28,467 nucleotides of DNA, from positions 1 to 28,467 of the IMG/VR virus record IMGVR_UViG_3300033407_000096. One strand, 5' to 3'. Of this stretch, positions 8,991-18,530 are shown piece by piece (within the stretch, counting starts at the first letter, position 1; each line of letters opens with the position of its first letter). The notes beneath the pieces are model-generated. The model was given only the letters and a program-made list of their open reading frames with translations, was not told the DNA's origin and made no database searches. The stretch comes from a virus (Duplodnaviria; Caudoviricetes). A program made the translations under genes and the position numbers.

Positions 8991-10610
8991 TCATCGACTC
9001 CCATCCGTCTGGGCTGTGGCGATCCAGCGGGCTATGTCTCTTGCGAGGGCGTCTTCGTCTCCAACGAATCCGGTCACGTTCACTTTGATTAACTGCCTCG
9101 GTGATCCTTCGACTGCATTTGTAGCCGATGTTCCGCTGGCTCCCGTACTTGTGGACTGCCCACCACTTCCACCAAGAGCACGCGCGGCAGAGGCAGCAGC
9201 AATGGCGGCGGCGAATGCGATCCCCGCCGCTGCTAGTGATCGTGCGTCTTCAAAAATGATGCCTTTGACGAGAGCGAGAGCGGCGTATGCAAGGAGAACT
9301 GGAACAAGCGATTCAAGCATCGCCGCCATTAGTTTTTTGACAGACAACGACCCGGATAGGAGTTGACTTGCAAGAGAAGACACAAAAGCGTTCAGTGCTG
9401 CATTTAGAAGGTCAACGGCTAACTTTGCAGCAGAGACAGACTTCTGTATGGATTCTGTGAACTCCTCCCATGCGGACTTGTTTAGGGCTATATCCGTCAG
9501 AGCCTTGATGCGTGCCGCCGCTTCGTCTGCCGATAGACCTAGAGCCTCATACTGCCCCGCGAGCGATCCGATTGCTGAATGCACCTGCCCCTCGGACAGA
9601 AATGCTATGTTGCCCATGATGGCGCGCACCGCATCATCGACTTCCTTGATGGCGTTAAATATCATCTCGGGCGGCGGCAGCCCCGCCATAGAAAAGAATC
9701 TGTCTATGCGTGCAAGGTCGCTCTCTCCGCGCAATCCCGTCTCGGGTCCACCGATGCCCTCCGAGGCTAACTTGTCGAGGCGCTCGAAGAAAGCTATCAA
9801 CTCGCTTACCGATGCTGGCTTACCGATGATAGAGGAGAGTCCACCATCCCCTAGTATTCCCTCCGCTGCTATGTCTTGGAACTTCTTTATCTCCTCTCTC
9901 GTTGGTGGAACGGCGCGCCGTATCAACCCGAACGCTTCTACTCCTGTTACTCCTGCCTCCTCAAGAGAGTCGATCAACTTATTCATTTCTCTCTGAGTCG
10001 ATATTACTTCAGCCTTTGCGACAGCCATAGCAAGAGGATCGAGTGGGGCCGGTGATGATGTTGGTGTAGCCGCGCCTCCAACGCGGCCTATGTCAATAAG
10101 AGAAGTAGCCTCTGCTGAACCCAAAGCGGCCAATTCTCTCACTGGGTGCATTTGCCTACGTAGTTCCTGTAGTCGTTTCACTAGTTCTTTCGCTTGGTTG
10201 ATATTAGAGATGACCGCGCCACTGCCGAATTCCTTGAGTTTCCTGCTCAATCTGTCTAATGAAGTCTCACCTTTAACCATCTCCAGCCACCAATCCGTCA
10301 CGGCCTCTTTCAGACGCTTGAACCAGTTGGTGTTGGTGATGAGTTCTTTGACGAGACCTGAGAGAGCGAACGCCACACCTAAGATCAGAGACGTGATACC
10401 GAAGGCTCGGCCAAGAGTGACTAACGCTAGGCGTGCTGAAGTGAGGCGTGATGTCAGCAGGGCCGTATTCGCACCGAGAGATGTCTGCACGGTCCCGAAC
10501 TTACGCAACGCCGCATCGCCTCGCGTGAGGGCGGCATTCGTCTCGTTCACCCCAGACACCACGCCAGAGGAATCGACTCTCAGATTGGAGAGTACCAACT
10601 CCTCAGCCAC
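8991..10610 (-). CDS. Tail tape measure protein (539 aa)
   Basis: Helical Ala/Leu-rich sequence with hydrophobic stretches, after the frameshifted chaperone pair; C-terminal IKVNVTG motif. Confidence 0.82.
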   Translation of the reverse strand: MAEELVLSNLRVDSSGVVSGVNETNAALTRGDAALRKFGTVQTSLGANTALLTSRLTSARLALVTLGRAFGITSLILGVAFALSGLVKELITNTNWFKRLKEAVTDWWLEMVKGETSLDRLSRKLKEFGSGAVISNINQAKELVKRLQELRRQMHPVRELAALGSAEATSLIDIGRVGGAATPTSSPAPLDPLAMAVAKAEVISTQREMNKLIDSLEEAGVTGVEAFGLIRRAVPPTREEIKKFQDIAAEGILGDGGLSSIIGKPASVSELIAFFERLDKLASEGIGGPETGLRGESDLARIDRFFSMAGLPPPEMIFNAIKEVDDAVRAIMGNIAFLSEGQVHSAIGSLAGQYEALGLSADEAAARIKALTDIALNKSAWEEFTESIQKSVSAAKLAVDLLNAALNAFVSSLASQLLSGSLSVKKLMAAMLESLVPVLLAYAALALVKGIIFEDARSLAAAGIAFAAAIAAASAARALGGSGGQSTSTGASGTSATNAVEGSPRQLIKVNVTGFVGDEDALARDIARWIATAQTDGSR

Positions 10611-10977
10611 GGTGCTTTGCCTTCTCTCGTGACCTCACGATGTCCATGACCTCACGGTGAATGAGAAACATTCTGTGCGTCATCTCCGGGCGCGCTTCAG
10701 TGTCCACACCTTCCAGTTCGCACGCTGCTAGCACGGATGGCAAACTAAGAGCGTCTGTCATGCCGGATGTCTGGCCGCTGAGATACTCAGCGTAAAAGGA
10801 GAGACACTTCTGGACGTGTGAATCCGTGGTATCACGCCACGTCGAGTATACGCTGATGTCTCTCGGGTCCGCGCCATTGGCTACACGCGATGCCTCATCG
10901 GATCGTATCTCCTGCTCTGCCATCCACAGAGGCACGACACGCAATATCAGGGTGTCGATGCGCTCCCGTTCTCGGAA
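10603..10977 (-). CDS. Tail assembly chaperone C-terminal extension (gpT-equivalent), reached by -1 frameshift
   Basis: The -1 frame is open from the T8 slippery site (FRERERIDTLILRVVPLW...) to 10603; no good independent RBS. Confidence 0.8.
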   Translation of the reverse strand, partial: FRERERIDTLILRVVPLWMAEQEIRSDEASRVANGADPRDISVYSTWRDTTDSHVQKCLSFYAEYLSGQTSGMTDALSLPSVLAACELEGVDTEARPEMTHRMFLIHREVMDIVRSREKAKHRG

Positions 10978-11342
10978 AAAAAATCCGCTTCGTCCGAGAG
11001 CGCACGGACCAACTGCTCGAAGGCTACAGAATACGCACCGAGCACCTTCCCCATCTTCTCGTGGTCGTAGGGCGGGTTCTTCGTATCTCCGAGTCTGATG
11101 TCACCGCGCCAGTCTGTGATGAACCTCTCCGCGTACTCTCGGAAGAAAGCATCCTCACGCCCTGGGTTAATCGTGTACCCCGAGTCGGAGTTCTTTATCA
11201 CGCCATCTCGTTGCAGTTTTTGGCGGAACTTCTCCTGTGAACGTGGCCCCGCATGTCGTACCTCGACTTCCACGCCTTCGAGCGCACCGCCGAGACGCAC
11301 CCACCGGCGGCGCTCCACGCCTAGTTGTTCCAGATCGAGCAT
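10947..11342 (-). CDS. Tail assembly chaperone (gpG-equivalent)
   Basis: Between tube and TMP; GAGGAGG RBS; ITDWRG motif; ends ...ADFFSENG over GAT TTT TTT TCC. Confidence 0.85.
   Translation of the reverse strand: MLDLEQLGVERRRWVRLGGALEGVEVEVRHAGPRSQEKFRQKLQRDGVIKNSDSGYTINPGREDAFFREYAERFITDWRGDIRLGDTKNPPYDHEKMGKVLGAYSVAFEQLVRALSDEADFFSENGSASTP
10976..10983 (-). promoter_or_regulatory. Programmed -1 frameshift slippery site T TTT TTT (T8)
   Basis: In-frame X XXY YYZ heptamer joining the two chaperone ORFs into a ~246-aa product. Confidence 0.82.
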
Positions 11343-11354
11343 TGTTCCCTCCTC

Positions 11355-12344
11355 TTAGGTCTGGATTAACTCCCACTCATCGTTGCCCGCGTCACTGTTT
11401 GCGAGGCACTCGAACTCGACATTTGCCGTCGCCACACCCTCGCGGTCTCCGAGGCCAACCTTCGTATACTTCGCCTTCGGGATCGTGACTTGGAACTGAT
11501 TGTAGTTGGTGCCTCCCCCTGGAAATACTCCCGTCGTGATTGAGCCCGTCGTCTGAGCGTCGATCCACTCGTTCCAATAGTTCTTTGTTGCGGCGATGAT
11601 CTCTTCAGCATCGAACGATCCAACAGGCGTCCGACCAACAATCTGCGCCGTGATGTATCCCTGAGGATTGTTCGGGTCAGGTCTCATGACGATCTGATTC
11701 CCGAAGTCGAGCGTAAGCGTCTGGATTCGCGCCGTCGTGTATCCGAGAATCGAAATAGCAGCAGTTAGGAAAGGCGGTTCAACTATAGTTGGGTACGTCG
11801 GAACTAGAAGTGCCGTATCTGTCGGTGGAGGCACGAGAACGCCAGTGAACTCGAAGGCCGCCTTCGGTGGCAATCCAGAGGCATGAGTCAGCACACAGTT
11901 ACCAACGGCCCCCCTGAGCATATATCGTTTCCCATCCTCATAGAGCGCGACGGTGCAATACGCACCGTTCGTCTCGTCGGATATCGTGCTCGTGGACGGC
12001 TTGAACGAACTCTGCTCGTTTGGAGAGCCTCCGCTGACTGTGATAGCCGCTCCACACCCCTTAAACGGGACGCTGAAGTCTGGCTCGTTCGACGACGCAA
12101 CCGGAGCCGTTGACGTACCTCGAAGATACTGCGACCATCGGATCTTCCCCATGCGCGACCCGACCACGGACCCGCGCTTCGACAGAGACGCGGACAACGC
12201 CTCGCGAGGCGTCATCGCAACGTCAGCCTCAAACTCGGCGTTCCCAGTTTTAAGCACTACATCCGCAGCGGTGACCGTCTCGGTTACTCCCGCCGTTGCT
12301 TCCTGCTTTATCGCTATCTGCTGTTTCTGCGTCAACATCGGCAT
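11355..12344 (-). CDS. Major tail tube protein (non-contractile)
   Basis: 329 aa, Thr/Gly-rich beta protein; IAIKQEAT-G N-terminus, LDFGNQ and IPKAKY motifs; synteny. Confidence 0.85.
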   Translation of the reverse strand: MPMLTQKQQIAIKQEATAGVTETVTAADVVLKTGNAEFEADVAMTPREALSASLSKRGSVVGSRMGKIRWSQYLRGTSTAPVASSNEPDFSVPFKGCGAAITVSGGSPNEQSSFKPSTSTISDETNGAYCTVALYEDGKRYMLRGAVGNCVLTHASGLPPKAAFEFTGVLVPPPTDTALLVPTYPTIVEPPFLTAAISILGYTTARIQTLTLDFGNQIVMRPDPNNPQGYITAQIVGRTPVGSFDAEEIIAATKNYWNEWIDAQTTGSITTGVFPGGGTNYNQFQVTIPKAKYTKVGLGDREGVATANVEFECLANSDAGNDEWELIQT

Positions 12345-12353
12345 GGGACTCTC

Positions 12354-12890
12354 CTAGACTCGCGCCTCGCGGCGTCGAATGGATATCGGTAGTGTTGCTG
12401 TTCGGACAACGAGGCCGTCCTCCTGCTCCTCTTCCGGGCCGTATGTCGCCGGCTCGGCCCACGTCACCAGTTCCACACCGGCAAATGCAACCGGGTCAGC
12501 GGTCGTCTCAAGGCCATACTTCATCACGGCAAGGACGCGCATGGCCCCGCATACGTAACGCATCAGGATGCGCTGCAGCGTCACCGGGTCAGTCCCCGAC
12601 TCCTCCAGAGATGCGTGAAACATCACGTCAACCCTGTGCTCCGCATCTGACCTTTGACCGAACGTGTCAGGCCGTATCTCTATCGGAGAACTCGACACCA
12701 ACCGCAGCGTACACGCCGGAAAGCGCGACAGGACCAGCCTGTCCCACTCGTGGTAATCCGTGGAGTCAATGTCAGGCGTCGTGATGCCGTCATTTTCCTC
12801 GGTGTCGATCAGGTCGAGTTCCGCCGGCAGGAAGTCACGAAGTACCTGCACTATGCGACCAGGGAGACCGGACATCAGACGTAGGGCCAT
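12354..12890 (-). CDS. Tail terminator/completion protein
   Basis: FPACTL motif, position before the tube gene; start probably MALRL at 12890. Confidence 0.65.
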   Translation of the reverse strand: MALRLMSGLPGRIVQVLRDFLPAELDLIDTEENDGITTPDIDSTDYHEWDRLVLSRFPACTLRLVSSSPIEIRPDTFGQRSDAEHRVDVMFHASLEESGTDPVTLQRILMRYVCGAMRVLAVMKYGLETTADPVAFAGVELVTWAEPATYGPEEEQEDGLVVRTATLPISIRRREARV

Positions 12891-12891
12891 A

Positions 12892-13494
12892 TCAGACACC
12901 CCTCTCCGGTTTGGATGCACGGATCAGGCGCGCATGATTCCTCACGACCTGCTTGGTCCTCTCCGAATACCACACGACGAATGCTCTACGCAGTTCCTCT
13001 ATCTGAGCGCCAGACTTTGTGATCATGTCTCTCGCAGGGAGTCGAGAAGCCGTCCCGCCGAATATCCGCCGCGCGGCTCCCGATTGGCTCTTGGCCTTTC
13101 CGGGGTCTCCCGATAGATGCGCTGCCGCAACATCGCTCTGCGCTCCGAACTGATATTCACCGACTGCACCGCTCACAGGCACGTACTTCTGGACGTAGAG
13201 TGGAGAACTCGGAACCGTGAATCGGCGGCGCATGTCGCCCGACAGCACAAGCATTCGAGCGCGACCGTACTTCCTGCGCTTCCTGAGAGCGTAATGCCTG
13301 TTCAATGGCTCCCATGCGCCTGCCCCTCCCGATTCTCCCTCAGTAGCGAAGATGTTTTTCTCCTGCCGCCGATGAACCCTGCCGAGATGCGTCAGCAGAG
13401 GACCAGACATGTCCGCGAGGTTGAGTTTCATCGCGTCTGAGAATGACCTCATCCGCTTGTAGCCTGTCCTGTTGATTTCCACCCTGACGCGCAT
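12892..13494 (-). CDS. Virion morphogenesis/tail completion protein (Mu gpG / P2 gpS-like)
   Basis: IFATEG...WEPL...Y...K, LVLSGDMRR and LPARDM motifs; basic composition. Confidence 0.8.
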   Translation of the reverse strand: MRVRVEINRTGYKRMRSFSDAMKLNLADMSGPLLTHLGRVHRRQEKNIFATEGESGGAGAWEPLNRHYALRKRRKYGRARMLVLSGDMRRRFTVPSSPLYVQKYVPVSGAVGEYQFGAQSDVAAAHLSGDPGKAKSQSGAARRIFGGTASRLPARDMITKSGAQIEELRRAFVVWYSERTKQVVRNHARLIRASKPERGV

Positions 13495-14300
13495 CAGAAC
13501 AGATCCCCCATCCCGATTCCTATGGGACCGGCCACCGGGACACCCTCATCCACACGGGCCGCGGTATCTCCTGACAGGATGTGATCCGTTGCGAGAGATG
13601 CAAGGTTGCCACGCACTTCCTTTTCGAGATACCCCTTCGAGTCCTTGACTGTCGGGTCTCCGATGAACTGGTACCATACGGCCTCCAGCGCGTCCCCTTT
13701 GTTGCTCCTCGACGGAGACTTACCGTACTGCTGCGAGACGACGTAATGCATCGCCGCGCCTACGGCGTTGGCGTCGCGCATGATGTCTTCGAGGCGACTG
13801 CCAGCCGTCACTGTCGTCGGCGTGATACTCAGTCCCCATGAAGCGCACATGCTCGACAGGACGGAAGCAATGACTTCCGCAAACGCTGCGGCCTCTGTGG
13901 CGCTCGGTGTCGTGCCGGAGTCAAGCGACTGATTCAGCCATCGCTCGATGTCTGCCTCCGAGCAGTAGGAGTTAGCGAACGAAGGCAGGAACACGGCCCC
14001 GGCCTGAAGGACCGTCATGTCCGGGAAGCGGTAAGTCCTGAGCAATGTCGATGCGTGGAGTTCTTTGAGCTGCAACACGTACAGCCCGGTATTCTCCGGC
14101 GTGAACGAGATGGAGTAGTGGCCGGTAGAGCCAATCTCAGCGAACGTGATCGTCTCGGACGCCGCAATCATCGCGCTTCCGCTCTGACGGTGCAGTGTGA
14201 ACTCTATGTCCGTCGGCTCCGTCATCCCCGTCAGGGGATCGGAGTTCACGTCGAGAATCGTCCACAACTCAACGATGATTTCGTCAACGACGAAACTCAT
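13494..14300 (-). CDS. Head-tail connector/adaptor with N-terminal Ig-like extension
   Basis: YCSEADIE adaptor-type start at about aa 112; preceding EIGSTGHYSISFTPENTGLY beta domain. Confidence 0.7.
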   Translation of the reverse strand: MSFVVDEIIVELWTILDVNSDPLTGMTEPTDIEFTLHRQSGSAMIAASETITFAEIGSTGHYSISFTPENTGLYVLQLKELHASTLLRTYRFPDMTVLQAGAVFLPSFANSYCSEADIERWLNQSLDSGTTPSATEAAAFAEVIASVLSSMCASWGLSITPTTVTAGSRLEDIMRDANAVGAAMHYVVSQQYGKSPSRSNKGDALEAVWYQFIGDPTVKDSKGYLEKEVRGNLASLATDHILSGDTAARVDEGVPVAGPIGIGMGDLF

Positions 14301-14303
14301 GTC

Positions 14304-14840
14304 TCACCCCGTGATGTTCCCGTACCGTCTAGTCCGGTACATCGTCGGCTCATCATAGACAACCACCACCGCTGCCCTTGTAAATCGTGCTTCGCATGGG
14401 TACGACCCAAGAGTATGCTTCCTGCATCTCAGGACTATCTCCAACCCGTTCAGATCCCCCGCTGCGAATGGAGCGCCCGTATATGGATGCGTCGTGAACG
14501 CTTTGGTTCTCTGCGTGTAGTCTGCGGTCCCGGAGAACTCTTCTCCGAATGCAATGTTTCCGTCCTTGTCTGACAACTCCAGAGCCACCAACACGGTGCC
14601 AACCGTCTGCTTACTGGTGTGTTGAAGCGTGACCGATTTAGGACGTAGGTTGGACGCTCCGTGAAAGTGAAACGACGCCAACGGCATCACCAACTCCTCC
14701 GTCGGCGTCAACGTGATGTACGACGTATCCCCGTCGTGAGGCGTCTCGTCCAGCGCCTCCCATGCGGACGCCGCCCCTGTGATCGAGGCGTACTGTTTCC
14801 AATATCCATCGGCCCCAGGAACGAGCGTTATGGTCGGCAT
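14304..14840 (-). CDS. Hypothetical beta-rich virion protein
   Basis: 178 aa in the head operon; TITLVP.ADG...WEALDE...DGDTSYI; tight gene packing. Confidence 0.7.
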   Translation of the reverse strand: MPTITLVPGADGYWKQYASITGAASAWEALDETPHDGDTSYITLTPTEELVMPLASFHFHGASNLRPKSVTLQHTSKQTVGTVLVALELSDKDGNIAFGEEFSGTADYTQRTKAFTTHPYTGAPFAAGDLNGLEIVLRCRKHTLGSYPCEARFTRAAVVVVYDEPTMYRTRRYGNITG

Positions 14841-14845
14841 TCATA

Positions 14846-15268
14846 TCAGACCGTGTAGACGAGGTAATCGACATACAACGTGAAGTTCATCGACTTCGTC
14901 GTTCCGGCTAGAGTCCAGTTAGCCTTGAAATAAGGAAACATCGGTACCATGTCGCGCCCGGCGTTGAAGAATGACGCATCGCCTGGCCATGCCTCATAAT
15001 CGCGTAGAACTGATGCAGTCAGCGTGTCGAATGTCGTGGTGCCAAGTATTCCTGCTGTGTCGTTGTCCAGCCAGTTCACGGTGAGAGCAAGTGTCTCGTC
15101 GGTCGTTATGTTTTCGCCAACAAGATGGAATGCCAACGGGAAGCGCGCAGCCCCGTTGTTTATGACACCAGGTGACGCAGTGATTCCAGAGTCACCGGTG
15201 ACTGTCAGAGTTCCAGACACGTAAAACGACTCATACCACACAGTACGCCAGTGAGGACCGACTATCAT
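14846..15268 (-). CDS. Hypothetical jelly-roll-like virion protein (140 aa)
   Basis: Start at ATG 15268 behind GGAGGAGG; the track's upstream extension overlaps the capsid gene. Confidence 0.75.
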   Translation of the reverse strand: MIVGPHWRTVWYESFYVSGTLTVTGDSGITASPGVINNGAARFPLAFHLVGENITTDETLALTVNWLDNDTAGILGTTTFDTLTASVLRDYEAWPGDASFFNAGRDMVPMFPYFKANWTLAGTTKSMNFTLYVDYLVYTV

Positions 15269-15284
15269 TGTGACCTCCTCCGAA

Positions 15285-15314
15285 GGCCCCCGGCAGCAAC
15301 AGCCACCGGGGGCC
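15285..15314 (-). terminator. Stem-loop after the major capsid gene (attenuator or mRNA stabiliser)
   Basis: GGCCCCCGGTGGC-TGTT-GCTGCCGGGGGCC; only TT follows, so termination is weak at best. Confidence 0.55.
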
Positions 15315-15320
15315 ACAGTC

Positions 15321-16247
15321 CTACGTGAATACGTACCGTGCCGTACTCTTCCACTGCCACGGATAGAACGCGAACCGCGCGTAACCCATGAACATCGCCG
15401 TATTGTCAATCTTCCACAGGTCCGAATCGGTATACATGTTTGACGACATGTCCCAATCCGTTTTGTGGAAGAACCCAACGGCAGGTTCTGCACCGTTCGC
15501 GAAGATGTAATGAGTCTTGCTCGCGACGAGAGCCGTCGGGATGATCGTGAACATCCCGCGGAACTTTCCGGTACCACCTGACGAGTCGATAGCCTGCTGG
15601 CTCATGTTCGGGTCCAGCACTGACTTGTAGGTGAAATACTGGAGAGGGTTGACGAGGATGGTGAACGACATGACACCTTCATTCACCGGGGTTGCCTGGT
15701 CATCCGTGAATCCGTGGATGGCCCCGAGATTTGACGTGATCGCCGTCTCGACCTGCGCTCCCGTCGGTGTCCCGGCGCTCGTGTCGATGTTCGTCTGGTT
15801 CGTCCCCGACTCAGGATGAGAGGCAGAGTAAATCACGACGCCATCGTATCCGAGCAGCGTTGTTGACGTGAGGCACGCCATAAACAACCTGTCATAGTAG
15901 AAACTCGACTTTCCACCGAGTTTCCCGACAATGCTCTGAGCGTCCGCAGGGTTGTCTTCAGCCACGGAGCGAGGCATCGGCACTTTGACCTGATGCTCGA
16001 CAACCTTCACGGTCAGTTTGTAGTCCTTGAGAACCTTTGCCGAAACAACTCCTGCTGTCGTGACACTCCCAGACAACTGATTCGGCTCGGGCACGGACCC
16101 GAAACTGGTGTACGTGACGGTTTCCGTTTCCTGCGGCACGTCCTTCGACAACTTGTTGTAATACCTCGCGGCATTGCCACTGATAACGTTGTCGAAGAAG
16201 TTCTTCCGGTAGATCCCCTGAAGGATCTCTGTATTCTGCGGATACAT
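15321..16247 (-). CDS. Major capsid protein, Mu gpT-like
   Basis: ETVTY.SFGSVP, GYDGV.IYSASH, ILVNP.. and GYARF...PWQ motifs; follows protease and cement genes. Confidence 0.9.
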   Translation of the reverse strand: MYPQNTEILQGIYRKNFFDNVISGNAARYYNKLSKDVPQETETVTYTSFGSVPEPNQLSGSVTTAGVVSAKVLKDYKLTVKVVEHQVKVPMPRSVAEDNPADAQSIVGKLGGKSSFYYDRLFMACLTSTTLLGYDGVVIYSASHPESGTNQTNIDTSAGTPTGAQVETAITSNLGAIHGFTDDQATPVNEGVMSFTILVNPLQYFTYKSVLDPNMSQQAIDSSGGTGKFRGMFTIIPTALVASKTHYIFANGAEPAVGFFHKTDWDMSSNMYTDSDLWKIDNTAMFMGYARFAFYPWQWKSTARYVFT

Positions 16248-16256
16248 GAGATCCCC

Positions 16257-16700
16257 CTATGCGTTGGCGTGCGAAATGCGGATGTCGGTGTTCAGCCATC
16301 CGTCGGTTGCCGTTGTGACGACCTTCCAGAGAACCCCGCACGTCCCCGCATCTCCTGTGGACTGCAAGTCGAGCGTGGAGGGGTTATCGGTGAGGTCGCC
16401 GGACTGGATCGCGAACTGTAGACCGATGTTCGCATTCGTGAAATTAGCGCACGCGAAATACCACCGGCCTGCCGTCGCGACCCATATAAGGTCCGAGGTT
16501 GTGGCGACCTTGTGCTCAGACACTACACCGGCATACGAATCCGCGTCCGCCGGCGTCAGCGTCAGTGCTCCAGTCGCGTCAACCTGGTGCGCCAGACCAC
16601 CGCGGAAGTACGTATCCGCAGTCGTCGGCGCGAATTGAGTTAGGCCGATGGGCCACCGAGGATCGAAGCGATACTCGATGTCGGCTGACAACGTAGCCAT
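16257..16700 (-). CDS. Capsid cement/decoration protein
   Basis: 147 aa, between scaffold and capsid; AAGGAG RBS; YFRGGL, YAGVVSE and IG..F motifs. Confidence 0.78.
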   Translation of the reverse strand: MATLSADIEYRFDPRWPIGLTQFAPTTADTYFRGGLAHQVDATGALTLTPADADSYAGVVSEHKVATTSDLIWVATAGRWYFACANFTNANIGLQFAIQSGDLTDNPSTLDLQSTGDAGTCGVLWKVVTTATDGWLNTDIRISHANA

Positions 16701-16734
16701 TTATGTTCACTCCTTCAGTTTGTGGCCGACAGGG

Positions 16735-18012
16735 TCACTTGGTGGCAACAGCCACCGAGTATTCCTTGTCGTCCTTCGCCTTCATCGCTGCACGCACCTT
16801 CTCGGGGTCATGTCCCAGTCGGCGGATTTGATCCTTCACTTCGTCGGTGAATGCAACTTCCTCATGATCGAGCGCCGGCCCACTGCCGAACGTCCGGTTG
16901 AGAGTCTTCTTCGGCATCGTCTCCAGCATGATGTCGAGACGTTCCATTGAATCCTTGAACGTGGAAGCCTTGAACCACGACAGGACCATTTCATCTGACG
17001 GATGGTCATACCCGGATGCCGGGTCTCCAACCAGAGCACGGTCGAACTGACCTCGATCGGCTCCGGTTTTCACGAGTCGCCGCACCTTCTCGGCTCGCAA
17101 CTGACGCTGCGCGGCCTTGAGTTGCGTGTTGAGTTCCTCGACGGCCTTCGGTGCCTTGAACTTCTCGACATCGGCCTTGAGGTTTTCGTTTGATGCAACC
17201 AACTCTGCGACCTCCCTCGTCTTTTCCTGAAGCAGCGTCTCAGTCTCCTTAAGCTTCGCTGTCATGGTCTCATCGGAACTCTTTGCCTTTAGTTCAACGA
17301 TCTCGTCCTTGAGCTTCGTGATGAGATCATCCTTTTCCTTTGTCTTATCCATCGCGTCGTCCTCTTTGTTTAGGGCGGTGAAGTAGCATTCAACGGTCTC
17401 CCCGCCCGCTTCGGAGGCCGCGACGTTCAAATCCTTGTAGTAGGGTTCATTCGTCAGAAGCAGGTGCTTCAGCACCTCTCCTATAGACCTGCCGTCGTAA
17501 TCCTTCCCCTGCACTGTGTATATCGACGCCCCACGCACTCGATCCCCGCCGACGGCAAGAGCTGCTGGACCAAGTAGTTTGGTGCGTGCGTGCAGGTCGT
17601 CACCTTCCATCGTCAACCCCTCGACCCATCCCACAGGAACGGAGTCATCGTTGCTTTCAGGGTGGTCTCCGAACATGAAGATTGGCACCTGCCTCGGATG
17701 TTTCTTGAAGTTGACTGCGATGGCGGTGAGCCTCTTACGGTCCATCACGCCCTTCTGGTCGCCGTTGATGAACCTCCCCATCGGACCGCATACCTTCATC
17801 TCCTTGACGAGAGGAGGCACATCGTCGGCCTGGTATTGCAACGCTATGGACAAGCGGGATTTCATCTCGTCCTCATCGATCTCAGGTTCATAATCATCCT
17901 CTGAGCCGTCGCTCTTTAGTCCTAGAGACGAACGGCACATCGCATACGCAGACGATTCCGAATGACCCTTGTCCATGACGCTTCGGACGCATTTGTCCAG
18001 AATTTCAGGCAT
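16735..18012 (-). CDS. Capsid maturation protease-scaffold (Mu gpI-like)
   Basis: DH...PVGWV, LLLTNEPY protease motifs; Lys/Glu coiled-coil C-terminal half; start MPEILDK at 18012 behind GGAG. Confidence 0.85.
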   Translation of the reverse strand: MPEILDKCVRSVMDKGHSESSAYAMCRSSLGLKSDGSEDDYEPEIDEDEMKSRLSIALQYQADDVPPLVKEMKVCGPMGRFINGDQKGVMDRKRLTAIAVNFKKHPRQVPIFMFGDHPESNDDSVPVGWVEGLTMEGDDLHARTKLLGPAALAVGGDRVRGASIYTVQGKDYDGRSIGEVLKHLLLTNEPYYKDLNVAASEAGGETVECYFTALNKEDDAMDKTKEKDDLITKLKDEIVELKAKSSDETMTAKLKETETLLQEKTREVAELVASNENLKADVEKFKAPKAVEELNTQLKAAQRQLRAEKVRRLVKTGADRGQFDRALVGDPASGYDHPSDEMVLSWFKASTFKDSMERLDIMLETMPKKTLNRTFGSGPALDHEEVAFTDEVKDQIRRLGHDPEKVRAAMKAKDDKEYSVAVATK

Positions 18013-18481
18013 TGGCTTCATCTCCGGTAAGGAACATGTAGAACCCGCGGCACAAGTCGCGACCGTCACAACCGTTCGGGGGCATGATGCGGAAGTACTC
18101 ATCGGAGTTCATATCGACTATGACGCCGTCGAACTCGCGACACGGGGGGCAGGTGTTTGCGTCGAGGAATTCCGTGCGTATCACACTCGTGATTGCCGCG
18201 GCGTCTTTTTGCGCTCCGAGGTTGCGGCCTAGATTGAACGATTCCGCCGAGGCCCCACGCGCTGCATCCTGTATTGGGCGGTCGCTGAGATTCATCAGAC
18301 CGGAGGACACACGGTCCGCGAGGTCGTCTCCGTCGTAGCCCTGCTGTGACAGGTCGCTAAGGAGACGCATGGCCTCGGCTAGCAGTCTCTGGGAGAGACC
18401 GGTCACATCGATATCAACGCCAGTGAAAACGGCGTTGCGCGTGACCTTCGCTGCTTTCGGCCCTATCGGTGTATCAGCCAT
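18005..18481 (-). CDS. MuF-like minor head protein (C-terminal-type domain)
   Basis: ESFNLGR, LDANTCPPC..FDG and PPNGC.G...CRG motifs; ATG 18481 has no clear SD sequence. Confidence 0.8.
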   Translation of the reverse strand: MADTPIGPKAAKVTRNAVFTGVDIDVTGLSQRLLAEAMRLLSDLSQQGYDGDDLADRVSSGLMNLSDRPIQDAARGASAESFNLGRNLGAQKDAAAITSVIRTEFLDANTCPPCREFDGVIVDMNSDEYFRIMPPNGCDGRDLCRGFYMFLTGDEANA

Positions 18482-18530
18482 AAAAAACCGCCCGGTGCAG
18501 TGGGTGTGCCCCACACCGGGCGGTTATTTA
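18481..18530 (-). terminator. Intrinsic-terminator-like hairpin with U6 tract
   Basis: 12-bp perfect stem AACCGCCCGGTG/CACCGGGCGGTT (18486-18497/18514-18525), ending TTTTTT-ATG on the minus strand. Confidence 0.7.

Noticed and set aside
15268-15577. Open +1 frame across the capsid 3' end, suggesting a capsid-decoration fusion
   Set aside because: No recognisable +1 shift site (gene ends ACG TAG), the overlap peptide looks non-coding, and the downstream gene has its own strong SD.
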